The notes: a model not told the origin generated them from the sequence alone. DNA of 64,000 nucleotides from Acidimicrobiia bacterium (GCA_016649895.1 JAENWR010000005.1:1-64000); one strand, 5' to 3'; shown: positions 16,468-28,429, counted from the first letter of the stretch. Program-made: numbers and translations.

Positions 16468-17781
16468 ATGACCGGCCTCATCCTCGGCATCATCCTGGCC
16501 TTCATCATCCTGGTGGTCATCACCACGGTGAAGAGCCTGATCATCATCTGCCCGCCCAACCGGGTGGCGGTCATCTCCGGCCGATCGCGGCAGCTCAGCG
16601 ATGGCCGCACGGTGGGCTACCGCGCCATCCGCGGCGGCCGCACCCTGCGCGTCCCGCTGCTCGAGAAGGTCTCCTGGATGGAGCTCAACACCATCCCCAT
16701 CGAGGTCGGCGTGTCCAACGCGTACTCGAAGGGCGCCATCCCACTGAACGTGATGGGCGTGGCCAACGTGAAGGTCTCGAGCATCGAGGGTCTGCTGCAG
16801 AACTCGGTCGAGCGCTTCCTCGACGTGCCGCAGATGGAGATCGCCGCCATCGCCAAGGAGACCCTCGAGGCCAACCTCCGCGGTGTCCTCGCCACCCTCA
16901 CCCCCGAAGAGGTGAACGACGACCGGCTGAAGTTCGCGCAGACGCTCATGGACGAGGCCGATGACGACATCAAGACGCTCGGCCTCGAGCTCGACGTGCT
17001 GAAGATCCAGAACGTCACCGACGAGGTCGGGTACCTCGACGCGGTCGGCCGTCGCCAGACCGCCGAGGTGCTGAAGAACGCGCGGGTCGCCGAAGCCATG
17101 CGCAAGGCCGAGGCCGAAGAGCAAGAAGCACTGTCACGCCAGCGTGCCGAGATCGCCGTCGCCCACGCCGACCTCCAGATCGTCGAGCAGCAGAACGCCC
17201 TGCGCGTGCGCCAAGCCGAGCTCGAAGCTCTGGCCGGCGCGGCTGAGGCCGAAGCCAAGGTGGCCGGCGAGAAGGCGCGCGTCGTGGCCGAGCAGACGCT
17301 CGAGGCCGAGCGCGTGATGCTCGAGACCCGGCGCCTCGAGGCCGACGTCGTGGCACCCGCCCGCGCCGACCTCGAAGCCAAGCAGCTCGCCGCCAAGGGC
17401 GACGCGGCCAAGATCATCGAGGAGGGCAACGCCCAGGTCGAGGTGTTCCGCCGCCTCGTCGACCAGTACCGGGCCGCGGGCGACGACGCCCAGCAGATCT
17501 TCGTGCTGCAGATGCTCCCCGACATCATCGACAAGATCGTGTCCACCGTTGCCGCGGTCGACATCGACAAGGTCACCATCATCGACAGTGGTGGCCAGGG
17601 CAGCGGCGTGCCGGGGTTCATGGGCCAACTGCCAGGTGCGGTCATCAACCTCGCCGAGCAGATCGAGAACGCAACGGGCGTCGACCTGTTCAAGTCGATG
17701 CGCGACAAGGCGCCGGCCCAGCCGGCCACCCCCCGTGCCATCGACGCCGCCAGCGACGAGACGAACCCCCCACCGAGCTGA
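16468..17781 (+). CDS. SPFH/band-7 (flotillin-like) protein
   Basis: N-terminal TM, SPFH domain, long Ala/Glu-rich coiled-coil repeats. Confidence 0.8.
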   Translation: MTGLILGIILAFIILVVITTVKSLIIICPPNRVAVISGRSRQLSDGRTVGYRAIRGGRTLRVPLLEKVSWMELNTIPIEVGVSNAYSKGAIPLNVMGVANVKVSSIEGLLQNSVERFLDVPQMEIAAIAKETLEANLRGVLATLTPEEVNDDRLKFAQTLMDEADDDIKTLGLELDVLKIQNVTDEVGYLDAVGRRQTAEVLKNARVAEAMRKAEAEEQEALSRQRAEIAVAHADLQIVEQQNALRVRQAELEALAGAAEAEAKVAGEKARVVAEQTLEAERVMLETRRLEADVVAPARADLEAKQLAAKGDAAKIIEEGNAQVEVFRRLVDQYRAAGDDAQQIFVLQMLPDIIDKIVSTVAAVDIDKVTIIDSGGQGSGVPGFMGQLPGAVINLAEQIENATGVDLFKSMRDKAPAQPATPRAIDAASDETNPPPS

Positions 17782-17857
17782 ATCCCCCAGATCCGGGTGC
17801 GGTGGCCAACGACCTCCGTTCGCCAACGCACCCGGAACGAGCCGGTCACGAGCGGGA

Positions 17858-18259
17858 TCAGTCATCGAGCTCGCTCAGGTCGGAGGGGACATCGACCGCG
17901 TACTGCTGGAGCACCTCGAGCGGCACGATCTCGAGCACCTTGGCGTTGGTGGCGGCGAGCACCACGGGGGCGGCGGCGCCGTCGGCATGGGCCCGCAGCC
18001 AGTTGCGGGCGGTGACGCACCACCGGTCACCCGGGTTCAACCCCGGGAACCGGTACGCGGGCATCGGCGAGCTGAGGTCGTTGCCGATGCGGCGCTGGTG
18101 GTCGAGGAACTCCGCGCTGACCACCGCACAGATGGTGTGGCTCCCGAGATCTTCCGGCCCGGTGCTGCAACAGCCATCGCGGAAGAACCCGGTGACGGGG
18201 TCGGTGCCACACGGCTCGAGGTCGGCCCCGAGGACGTTGCGTTCGCTTCGTTCGCTCAC
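17858..18259 (-). CDS. DUF2237-family protein
   Basis: LEPCGTDPVTGFFRDGCCSTGPEDLGSHTICAV...FPGLNPGDRWC matches the conserved DUF2237 pattern. Start taken at an internal GTG. Confidence 0.5.
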   Translation of the reverse strand: MSERSERNVLGADLEPCGTDPVTGFFRDGCCSTGPEDLGSHTICAVVSAEFLDHQRRIGNDLSSPMPAYRFPGLNPGDRWCVTARNWLRAHADGAAAPVVLAATNAKVLEIVPLEVLQQYAVDVPSDLSELDD

Positions 18260-18380
18260 CAAGCCAGTGTGGCGCACGTACCGACCGCAGCCACTGCTGC
18301 CCCTCGACCGGAGCCGGTTCAGCGCCTGGCGGGTGAGGAGCCGACGTGGGCGGCGACCGCCATGATCACCCTCATGTCGC

Positions 18381-18725
18381 TCATTCCGATCCGCCCGGAA
18401 GCTCCTCCAGCGCGTCCAGAATGGCCGGAGCTCGCTCGGTCGCCACCTCCCACACCAGACGATCATCGATCGCGGCGTACCCGAGGATCAGCACATTGCC
18501 GAACGCCACGATCCGAGCCAGGTCGGGTACTCGCTCGGCGAGCTCTTCATCGACCCGACGCAAGGAGTTGAGAGCCTCACCCACGATCGTGAACTGCCGC
18601 TCGACCGCCGATCGCAACTGCACGTCCGCCTCATAGTCAGCCCAGGAGCGGCCGGTGACGAACTCCATCACTAGCGACACTGCTCTGTGAGCGTCCCAGA
18701 CGTACGCTCGCGGATCAGGCGGCAT
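18381..18725 (-). CDS. HepT-like (DUF86) toxin of HepT/MntA TA pair
   Basis: C-terminal IVAFGNVLILGYAAIDDRLVWEV matches the DUF86 RX4HXY-like region. Overlaps the upstream MNT gene. Confidence 0.6.
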   Translation of the reverse strand: MPPDPRAYVWDAHRAVSLVMEFVTGRSWADYEADVQLRSAVERQFTIVGEALNSLRRVDEELAERVPDLARIVAFGNVLILGYAAIDDRLVWEVATERAPAILDALEELPGGSE

Positions 18726-19023
18726 AGAGCTCCGTCCGACTGGCCTCGACCGATGCTGCAAAGTACGGGTTTCGCAGGGCAGATGGATCGACCAAGTCGA
18801 CCGGGATGCCGAGGAGCGCCTCCAGTCCCTCCTTCAGCCCGAAGAATGCATCGAAGCGCGAAATCCCCTCCGGCGGATCGAGCTCGACGAGGAAGTCGAC
18901 ATCGTTGGCTCGCCCGTTTGAGTCGCTACTCGCGGCCGATCCGAACACGTCGAGACGACGAACGCCGAAGCGGCGACACAGCACCTCGATCTCGTCGACC
19001 TGGCCGGCAACCTCCTCGATCAT
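18715..19023 (-). CDS. MntA-like minimal nucleotidyltransferase antitoxin
   Basis: VFGSAASSDSNGRANDVDFLVEL is the GS...DhD NTase motif. ~100 aa. Confidence 0.7.
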   Translation of the reverse strand: MIEEVAGQVDEIEVLCRRFGVRRLDVFGSAASSDSNGRANDVDFLVELDPPEGISRFDAFFGLKEGLEALLGIPVDLVDPSALRNPYFAASVEASRTELYAA

Positions 19024-19508
19024 CGGACTCCTCTCCCTCGGTGGGACGCAATACCTCATCGTCGCACAGCGGGCCCAGATCCCGACCGTCCAGGACCGTA
19101 GAACTTCTGAACCGCTCCGTGGGCGGCAGAGGCCACCCGGTCGGCACGGGGACCGGGATCGTCGGACAGGTCGCCTTCGTTGGACCCCATGTCAGTACGG
19201 GACCAGCTGCGCTGCTACCGGAGAGCTGGACGTGCCGGTGGTGGAGGGCGAGATGCAACTGCAGCTCCCGATGGTCGCGATGACCCTGCTGCCCGCGGAC
19301 GAGTACGAGTTCAGGGTCGAGGCGCTCAGGGACCGGCTCGTCCCGATCGAGGGCGTCGGCGACGAGGCGCTGATGGCCTTCGTCGGCGATCCCGACACCG
19401 CCGCGGCTGACCTGGCCGAGCTGGGGAGCCTCATCTTCGACCGGCTCTGATCCGCCGGGAGGGCCCGAACCTGTCACAGGCGAGGCATAGGGTGAGCGAG
19501 CACACCAG

Positions 19509-22500
19509 TTGCCCGAAGGATCGGTCGCCGTGACCACCACCCCGAGCATCGTCGAGCTCGACGACGAGCTCCTCGACGAGCTGTACGACTCAGGATCTGT
19601 CGCCCGAGGACGGCGCTATGCCGACGAGGACCGGGTCAAGCTGCTCAGCTCGGAACCCGGGGCGATCAAGGCTGCGTGTCGCGGTTCGGGCCGCATCTCC
19701 TACCTGCTCTGGATCCGGTGGAACGACCGGTACGACTTCGTCGACGTCGACGACACCTGCACCTGCCCACTCGGAGGCGGGTGCAAGCACTGCGTCGCAG
19801 CCATCCTCACGGCCCGTCGAGAGGTGGCCCGTCTCACGGCGTCGGGCGGTCGCTCCGGCCCTGTAGCCGACTGGCGGCGTGCGCTGGCCGAGCTGGACAC
19901 AGCCGATGACGATGTCGCCATCTCCCAGACAGGCCTGGCCCTGCAGGTCGCCGTGCAACGACCCACGCCGAGCCGCTACGTCGCCAACACGGGTCCTCGC
20001 ATCACCGTTCGGCCGATGCGGCGAGGGCAGTCCGGAAGGTGGATCAAGACCGGTGCCTCGTGGCGCGACCTCGCATCCCCCTATGGCCACACCCTCGCCG
20101 ACATCGATACCGTCCAAAAGGGCGCTCTGCGAGCGCTCATGACGAGCGGTCGGGTCAACTTCCAGTACGCGGGCACGAACGCCGTGCCACTCACCCAGTT
20201 CGGCTCGGATCTCTGGTACCAGCTCGCGCGGGCTGTCGAGGTCGGTGTCGAGCTGATCGGTGAGCGAACCGGCGAAACCGTCGAGCTGTCTCCCACCATG
20301 GCCCAGGTCGGTGTCGACCTCAGGGCGGACGACACCGGGGCCGTCACCGTCTCCACCGCGTTCACCCTCGACGACGAGCTGATCGGAGTCGACGACGACC
20401 GCAGCGGCCTCCTCGGCACCCCACCCCACGGCCTGTGGCTCACGAGGTCCAGCCGGCTGCACCTCGTCCCCCTCAACGCACCGCTGCACCCCGCTCTCGC
20501 CCGGCTCGTCACGACCGGCGCGCTCAGCGTCCCGGCCCACGACGTCGATGAGCTGCTCGACCGCTACCAGCCGGCGCTCGCCCGCTACGCGACGGTGGAG
20601 TCCTCCGACAGCAGCGTCACCATCGCCACCAGCTCGTTCGACGGACTCGTCGTCACCGTCGAACGCACCGCGCTCGACACCGCATCCCTGCGCTGGTCGG
20701 CCCGATACCGCCGCGGGACGCAACGCACCGACCATCCCCTCCACCGTCCGAGCGGCCGCAGTCGCGACCGGGTCGCCGAGGGGGCAGCGGTCGGCTCGCT
20801 CGAGTTGCCCACCCACCTGATCCCCGACCTCGTCGGCCCCGACGGTTCACCTCGCGACCTCGACGTGTCGGGGCCGACGGTCATCACCCTGCTCACCGAG
20901 GTCGTCCCATGGCTGGAAGCCAAGTGCGGCATCGGCGTCGAGCTCGCCGGTGACCAGCCGGAGCTGCGCGAGGCAATCGAGGATCCGCTCATCTCGCTCA
21001 AGGTCACCGACGGCGATACCCAGAGAGATGGCAACGACTGGTTCGACCTCGACGCGGAGGTGAGCGTCGACGGCCAGACCGTCGACTTCGTCAGCCTCTT
21101 CGCGGCCCTCGACCGGGGCGACGACGCACTCATCTTGCCCTCGGGCACCTGGCTGCGCCTCGACCGACCCGAGCTCGCCAAGCTGCGCTCGCTCATCGAC
21201 GAGGCCCGGGGTCTCGCAGAACCCACCGGCCGAGGAGTCGCCCGGCTCAACCGGTTCCAGACCAGCTGGTGGGACGACCTGGCGCGGCTCGGCGTCGTCG
21301 CCGAGCAGTCGCAGCGGTGGGTCGACAGCATCGGCCAGATGTCGGCGCTCACCGCTCCTGAGGCGGTCGAGCCACCGCCCGGACTCGATGCCACGCTGCG
21401 CCCCTACCAACAGGAGGGCCTCGACTGGCTGGCGTTCCTGCACGGCCATCGCCTGGGCGGGATCCTCGCCGACGACATGGGCCTCGGCAAGACCGTCCAG
21501 GCCCTGGCCCTCTGCCTCCACGTGCTCCGCGACGATCCCGACGCCCGGTTCCTGGTCGTCGCTCCCACCAGCGTCGTGGACAACTGGGCGCGGGAGGCAG
21601 CCCACTTCGCCCCGAGCCTTGTCGTGCGCACCATCGGTGCGACCACAGCCCGGCGGGGCACCACGCTCGCAGAGGAGACCGCCGGCGCCAGCATCGTCGT
21701 CACCTCGTATGCGCTGTTCCGCCTCGAGTACGAGGCCTATGCCCAGCACGAATGGGAGCTCCTCCTGCTCGACGAGGCCCAGTTCGTGAAGAACCACCAG
21801 GGAAAGACCTACCAGTGCGTGCGTCGCATCGGCGCCACCACCAAGATCGCCATCACCGGAACCCCGCTCGAGAACACACTCATGGACCTGTGGTCGCTGC
21901 TGTCGATCACAGCACCCGGACTGTTCCCCGACCCGCAGCGGTTCAGCGACACCTACCGCAAGCCGATCGAGAACGGCGTCGCGCCCGACCTCCTCGCCAC
22001 CCTCCGGGGCCGCATCGCCCCGCTCATGCTCCGCCGCACCAAGGACGCGGTGCTCACCGAGCTGCCACCCAAGACCGAACAGACCGTCGAGGTCGAGCTC
22101 AGCGCTCGCCACGCCCGGATCTACCAGACCCAACTCCAACGCCAGCGCCAGAAGGTCCTCGGCCTCGTCGGCGACGTCCAGAAGCACCGGTTCGAGATCC
22201 TCAAGTCGCTCACCATCCTCCGCCAGCTCGCCCTCGACCCCGCACTCATCGACGATCAGCACCACGACGTCGGTTCCGCCAAGCTCGACCGGCTGCTCGA
22301 CGACCTCACCCAGGTGATCGCCGAAGGCCACCGGGCCCTCGTCTTCAGCCAGTTCACCCGGTACCTGGCACGGGTCCGCACGCGTCTCGACGCCGCCGGC
22401 ATCGCCCACAGCTACCTCGACGGGCGGACCCGCCGACGCGACGAGGCCATCGCCCGATTCACCGATGGTGGGGTACCGGTGTTCGTCATCAGCCTCAAGG

Positions 22501-22784
22501 CCGGCGGGTTCGGCCTCAACCTCACCGAGGCCGATTACTGCTTCGTCCTCGACCCGTGGTGGAACCCCGCCACCGAGACCCAAGCCGTCGACCGGACCCA
22601 CCGGATCGGCCAGGAGAACCCAGTGATGGTGTACCGCTACGTCTCGACCGGCACCATCGAGGAGAAGGTCATGGAGCTCAAGGCCCGGAAGGCCGCACTG
22701 TTCGACAGCGTGGTCGGCGCCGAGGGTGCCATGGCCGGTCCCCTCACCGCGAACGACATCCGAGGCCTCCTCGACCTCGCCTGA
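19509..22784 (+). CDS. SNF2-family helicase with N-terminal SWIM zinc finger (HelZ-like)
   Basis: SWIM CTCPLGGGCKHC. SNF2 motifs LADDMGLGKT, DEAQFVKN, and a helicase-C region. Confidence 0.85.
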   Translation: MPEGSVAVTTTPSIVELDDELLDELYDSGSVARGRRYADEDRVKLLSSEPGAIKAACRGSGRISYLLWIRWNDRYDFVDVDDTCTCPLGGGCKHCVAAILTARREVARLTASGGRSGPVADWRRALAELDTADDDVAISQTGLALQVAVQRPTPSRYVANTGPRITVRPMRRGQSGRWIKTGASWRDLASPYGHTLADIDTVQKGALRALMTSGRVNFQYAGTNAVPLTQFGSDLWYQLARAVEVGVELIGERTGETVELSPTMAQVGVDLRADDTGAVTVSTAFTLDDELIGVDDDRSGLLGTPPHGLWLTRSSRLHLVPLNAPLHPALARLVTTGALSVPAHDVDELLDRYQPALARYATVESSDSSVTIATSSFDGLVVTVERTALDTASLRWSARYRRGTQRTDHPLHRPSGRSRDRVAEGAAVGSLELPTHLIPDLVGPDGSPRDLDVSGPTVITLLTEVVPWLEAKCGIGVELAGDQPELREAIEDPLISLKVTDGDTQRDGNDWFDLDAEVSVDGQTVDFVSLFAALDRGDDALILPSGTWLRLDRPELAKLRSLIDEARGLAEPTGRGVARLNRFQTSWWDDLARLGVVAEQSQRWVDSIGQMSALTAPEAVEPPPGLDATLRPYQQEGLDWLAFLHGHRLGGILADDMGLGKTVQALALCLHVLRDDPDARFLVVAPTSVVDNWAREAAHFAPSLVVRTIGATTARRGTTLAEETAGASIVVTSYALFRLEYEAYAQHEWELLLLDEAQFVKNHQGKTYQCVRRIGATTKIAITGTPLENTLMDLWSLLSITAPGLFPDPQRFSDTYRKPIENGVAPDLLATLRGRIAPLMLRRTKDAVLTELPPKTEQTVEVELSARHARIYQTQLQRQRQKVLGLVGDVQKHRFEILKSLTILRQLALDPALIDDQHHDVGSAKLDRLLDDLTQVIAEGHRALVFSQFTRYLARVRTRLDAAGIAHSYLDGRTRRRDEAIARFTDGGVPVFVISLKAGGFGLNLTEADYCFVLDPWWNPATETQAVDRTHRIGQENPVMVYRYVSTGTIEEKVMELKARKAALFDSVVGAEGAMAGPLTANDIRGLLDLA

Positions 22785-22856
22785 GGTTTGGCAGTCCCCT
22801 CGCACGGGCAGGCAGCCGCCGCCCAGCGGGCCGAACCACGAGGGGACCGCGCTGCG

Positions 22857-23662
22857 ATGGCTGACATCATCGATCTCACCGACACGCTCGACGAGGCCAT
22901 CGGCCACGCCATCGTCACCGGCGCCGACTCCGGGATCGGGAAGGCGGCCGCCGTGCAGCTCGCCGCCGCCGGCTTCGACGTGGGCATCACGTGGCACACC
23001 GACGCCGAGGGGGCCGAGGAGACCGCCCGCGAGATCCAGGTCCACGGACGGCGGGCGCTGCTGCGCCAGGTCGACCTCACGGTCCTCCCTGACGCCGCCG
23101 ACGTGATCGACGACCTGGCCCTCGAGCTGGGGGTCTCACCGTGCTCGTCAACAACGCGGGCACCGGCGTCAGCTCGCCGTTCGTCGACCAGACCTTCGAC
23201 GAGTGGCGCCACACCCTCACCGTGAACCTCGATGCCCCGTTCCTGCTCGCACAGCGGGCGGCCCGGCACATGATCGCGAACCACACTGCTGGGCGCATCA
23301 TCAACGTCACCAGCGTCCACGAGCACGTGCCGCTCCCCCGCTCGGCTGCCTACTGCGCGTCGAAGGGAGGCCTGGGCCTGCTCACCAAGGTGATGGCACT
23401 CGAGCTCGCCGAGCACGGCATCACCGTCAACGCGGTGGCGCCCGGTGAGGTGGCCACGCCGATGGCCGGTCAGCACGGCGTCGACCCGAGCACCGTCGAC
23501 CGGCCTGCCATTCCCGCCGGGCGTCCGGCGTCGGCCCACGAGATCGCCAACGCGATCGTGTACCTCGCCGAGCCCGGAGCCGACTACATCACGGGCACCT
23601 CGGTGGTGATCGACGGCGGGATGATGCTGATGGCCGCTGCCGCCAACCAGCTGGTGCACTGA
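22857..23662 (+). pseudogene. SDR-family oxidoreductase, 1-nt frameshift in G5 run near 23129-23133
   Basis: The N-terminal half has TGADSGIGKA (Rossmann). The C-terminal half, in another frame, has LVNNAG...YCASK. Restoring a sixth G gives ELGGLTVLVNNAG. Confidence 0.6.
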
Positions 23663-23746
23663 CTCCGAGGAGCGCACACGACGCACCGGCGCGTGGCGTG
23701 GTGGAGGAAGACGGGCCGAGACCCGAGCCGGGGTAGGCGCCCACGG

Positions 23747-24103
23747 CTACATCGGCGTCTGTTGGTGCACGGCGAGCTTCCACTCGCCGTCGCGTTGCAC
23801 GTAGGTGCTCGACACGAGTGCCTGGTACTCGGCGTCGAAGTCGCGGCGGGCCTGCACCCGGTAGGTGAGCATCGCGACGTCGGGCCCCAGCTCGACCACC
23901 TGCGGATTGCGGATCTTGAACCACGACCACGGGGCGCCATCCATGCCGTCGATCGCCTTGTCGTGTGAGAGCAGCCCCACCTGGGGCAGCAGCATCACCG
24001 CATCGGGGGTGAGCCGCTCGGTGTAGAACCTGCGCCCCGCCCCGTTGCTGAGCGCCTCCCACCCGGCGGTCTCCAGTTCGAGAAGTGTCTGGTTCAGCTC
24101 CAT
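23747..24103 (-). CDS. SnoaL/NTF2-like (DUF4440-like) protein
   Basis: Size and the pattern W..L.....F......DAVM....G are typical of NTF2-like proteins. Confidence 0.45.
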   Translation of the reverse strand: MELNQTLLELETAGWEALSNGAGRRFYTERLTPDAVMLLPQVGLLSHDKAIDGMDGAPWSWFKIRNPQVVELGPDVAMLTYRVQARRDFDAEYQALVSSTYVQRDGEWKLAVHQQTPM

Positions 24104-24183
24104 CGGTCCATCCTGCCGCGGTCGCCGACGCCGTGCCGCGAACGACGTGGGCGCCGGGTCCTGCCACCGGTAGCGTCTCGCCC

Positions 24184-24681
24184 ATGGCCGACCCGACCTT
24201 CGAGATCGTCTGCGAGATCGAGCCCGCCACCCGGCCCGACCTCACCAAGGTGCGCAACTTCTCGGCGGGTCCAGGGCCGAGCGGGCGAGCCATGCGGGCC
24301 GGCGTCACCAGCGACATGCGACCGCTGCCGGCGTGGAAAGCCGAGGCCGACTTCGTCTTCGCCCAGGTGTCGTACTCGCTCGACGAGCTGGCGGCGTGGC
24401 GAGGGTCGATCGACTTCGACGGGCCGATCTACGCGGGGGTGATGGTGCTGGCCAGCGCGGCCATGGGGCGCAAGCTCGGCGCCCAGGTCCCCCAGCTCGC
24501 CCCGCCCGACGAGTGGGTCGACGCCGTCGAGCGCGACCCGGCGGCCGGGGTCGAGCTCGCCTGCCAGCACGTGCTCGACATCCGTGATCACGGCGGCTTC
24601 GCCGGGGTGCACCTGGTGCCGGTGTCGCGCTATCGCGAAGCCGCGGCACGGCTCGAGCCCCACATCCGCCGGGCCCGCTGA
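24184..24681 (+). CDS. Methylenetetrahydrofolate reductase-like protein (short form)
   Basis: FDGPIYAGVMVLASAAMGRKLGAQVPQLAPPDEWV...GFAGVHLVPVS resembles the MetF C-terminal half. FEIVCEIEPAT resembles the MetF N-terminus. The central part appears to be missing. Confidence 0.4.
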   Translation: MADPTFEIVCEIEPATRPDLTKVRNFSAGPGPSGRAMRAGVTSDMRPLPAWKAEADFVFAQVSYSLDELAAWRGSIDFDGPIYAGVMVLASAAMGRKLGAQVPQLAPPDEWVDAVERDPAAGVELACQHVLDIRDHGGFAGVHLVPVSRYREAAARLEPHIRRAR

Positions 24682-24689
24682 GTCGCATC

Positions 24690-25295
24690 GTGCCCCCCGT
24701 GTCGTGGCCGGAGGTGATCCTGGCCTCGGCGTCGCCGCGACGCCTCGAACTCCTGCGCCAGATCGGGATCGAGCCGACGGTCGAGCCAGCCGACGTCGAT
24801 GAGACGCTCGACCCCGGTGCCGATCTGGCGGTCGCAGTCGTCGAACTGGCACGAGCCAAAGCCGATGCGGTCGCCCGGTCTCGCCTGCTGCTCAGCGACC
24901 GGCCGATCGAGGCGGTCGTGATCGGTGCCGACACCCTGGTGGTGGTCGACGGGGAGCCGCTCGGCAAGCCTGCCTCTCCCGCCGACGCGGCCGCCATGCT
25001 CCGGCGGCTGTCGGGCCGGTCGCACCAGGTGATGACAGGCGTCGCTGTCGTCCACCTGACATCCGGGCGGACGCTCGACGCGGTCGCCACCACCGATGTG
25101 CACGTGCGCGCCATCACCGACGACGAGATCGACGCCTACATCGCCACCGGTGAACCGTTCGACAAGGCCGGTGCCTACGCCATCCAGGGTCGGGCAGCCG
25201 TGTTCGTCGAGGGGATCAGCGGCGACCACTCCAACGTGGTGGGCCTTCCCCTCCCGCTCGTCGACCGACTCCTCCGCACGTTGCGACAGGCCTGA
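24690..25295 (+). CDS. maf: Maf-family nucleoside triphosphate pyrophosphatase
   Basis: ILASASPRRLELL...VIGADTLVVVDGE...YAIQG matches Maf/YhdE. Confidence 0.8.
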   Translation: MPPVSWPEVILASASPRRLELLRQIGIEPTVEPADVDETLDPGADLAVAVVELARAKADAVARSRLLLSDRPIEAVVIGADTLVVVDGEPLGKPASPADAAAMLRRLSGRSHQVMTGVAVVHLTSGRTLDAVATTDVHVRAITDDEIDAYIATGEPFDKAGAYAIQGRAAVFVEGISGDHSNVVGLPLPLVDRLLRTLRQA

Positions 25296-25362
25296 CGCCG
25301 CTGGTCGTGGAAGGTCCGGATCTGGCCACCGGCTCGGAGGTGCCACCGGTACCCTCGCCAGG

Positions 25363-26273
25363 GTGATCGCCACCCTCGGAGACCTGGTCGACGACATCGT
25401 CGTGTGGCCGTCCGGCCCGGTCCAGCCGGGGACCGACACGCCTGCTCGCGTCCAGCGGCGCCGGGGCGGCAGTGCCGCCAACGTCGCATCGATGGTGGCC
25501 CGGCGCGGCGGGGCATCCCGCTTCATCGGCTGCGTCGGCGCCGACGTCCGGGCCGACCAGCTCACCGACGAGCTGCGGCTCGACGGCGTCGACGTGCGGG
25601 TCGACCGCCACCCCCACGCCGCCACCGGCAGCATCGTCGTGCTGGTGTCCCCCGACGGCGAACGCAGCTTCCTCACCGATCGAGGTGCGTCCACCGGGTT
25701 GATGGCACCGCGCACCAGCTGGCTCGACGGCGTCACCGCCCTGCACATCCCCATCTACTCGTTCACCGTCGAGCCCCTCTCGGTCACGGCGGTGGCCCTG
25801 GCGGTGATGGCGAACGAACGTGGTGTTCCCCTCAGCATCGACGCCTCGTCGGTCGCCGCGCTCATCGATCTCGGCACCGACGCGGTGCACGCGATGCTGG
25901 GGGCGCTGCGTCCCGCGGTGCTCTTCGCCAACCACGACGAGGCGACGCTTCTGCGCCTCGGCCCCGACCGCCCCGCCGCCGGGGCCGGTCTCACGGCGCT
26001 GCGCAACGGCTCCCAACCGACCCTCATCGTCGACGCCGACGGCGGCGTCACCCGCGTCGAGGTGCCGCCCGTCGATCACGTGGTCGACACCACCGACACC
26101 ACCGGCGCCGGCGACGCCTTCGCCGCCGGGTGGCTGCTGGCGCGCCAGCGCGGGGCCGCACCAGCCGATGCCGCGGCCGAAGGGCACGCCCTCGCCGCTC
26201 AGGTGCTCGGCGTACCCGGAGCCGACCTGCCCATCGACGCGCTCGTCGCCGACCGTTCCGAGGATCCCGCGCC

Positions 26274-26277
<4 letters not shown>
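25363..26277 (+). CDS. psuK: PfkB-family kinase, probable pseudouridine kinase
   Basis: Ribokinase-like fold with C-terminal DTTGAGDAF. Directly upstream of psuG and overlapping it by 4 nt. Confidence 0.6.
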
Positions 26278-27184
<907 letters not shown>

Positions 27185-27188
<4 letters not shown>

Positions 27189-28180
27189 CCGCCGGGCCAA
27201 TCGACGACGGCACGCCCTCGACCACGACCGAGGTGGTGGCCGAACCGGCCGAGGTCGTCGATCCGGGCGGTCGCTTGGCGCGCCTTCCACGCACCGCATC
27301 GGGAACCCATTCCGGAGCGTTCACTGCTCCCGACTGGGGGCTGCTGCTCTCGTGTGCCCTCATCTGGGGAGCGTCGTTCTACTTCATGGAGATCGGGTTG
27401 AGGGCGCTCGAACCCGGGGTCATCACGTTCCTGCGGGTGGTGTTCGGTGCCCTGGCCCTCGGCGTGCTCCCCGCCTCGCGAACGGCGGTCGATCGTGAGG
27501 ACTGGCCGCGGCTCGTGCTGCTCGGCGGGATATGGATGGCACTGCCGTTCACCATGTTCCCGTTGGCTCAGCAGTGGATCAACAGCTCGCTCACCGGGAT
27601 GCTCAACGCCGCGATGCCCGTGATGACCGCGCTCGTCACGCTGGCGATGGCCCGCCGCCTGCCGGCGCGCACCCAGGCGACCGGACTCGCCGTCGGGCTC
27701 GCCGGCATCGTCGCCATCGGCTGGGACGGACTGAACGAGGGCGGGTCGAGCGCCCTCGGCGTAGGCCTCGTGCTCGTCGCCGTGTCGAGCTACGCCGTGT
27801 CGATCAACCTCGCCGTGCCCCTCCAACAGCGCTACGGCTCGTTGCCCATCCTCGTGCGCATCCAACTGGTGGCGATGGTGCTGACCTCGCCGTTCGCCGT
27901 CGCCGGCCTTGGCGCCTCGTCGTTCGAGATCGGGCCCGTGATGTCGGTGGTGGCCCTCGGGGTTTTCGGCACCGGCCTGGCCTTCGCCGCCATGGGCACC
28001 CTCGTCGGCCGGGTCGGCGCCACCCGCGGCTCGATCTCCACCTACCTGGTGCCCATCGTCTCGATCTCGCTCGGCGCCGTCCTGCTCGACGAGGCGATGC
28101 ACGCGGCAGCGCTGTTCGGCACCGCCCTGGTGCTGGCCGGCGCGTGGCTCGTCACCCGAGCCGATCGGGGCGACAGCTGA
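27185..28180 (+). CDS. DMT-superfamily (EamA-like) transporter
   Basis: Ten predicted TM helices in a two-fold EamA arrangement. GTGA overlap with the psuG stop. Confidence 0.6.
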
Positions 28181-28429
28181 CCAGCGACTCTTGCTTCCCG
28201 ATCCGGCCAGTGTGGGTCGAGTGGGTCGGCCAACCGGAGTCGGCGTCGTTCGGCCGCGTCGCACAGATCGGCCACGATGGTCAGTTCGTCGCCGAGGGCG
28301 GCGAACTCATCTGCACCCTGCGGTCTTCAGCAGTGCTGAGAGCCGGTGGCGTTCAGTGGCCTCGACTGGAATCAAGTCGAGAGCGTCACCGTGACCGAGA
28401 TCGTCGACAACCACTGACCAGAATGGAGG

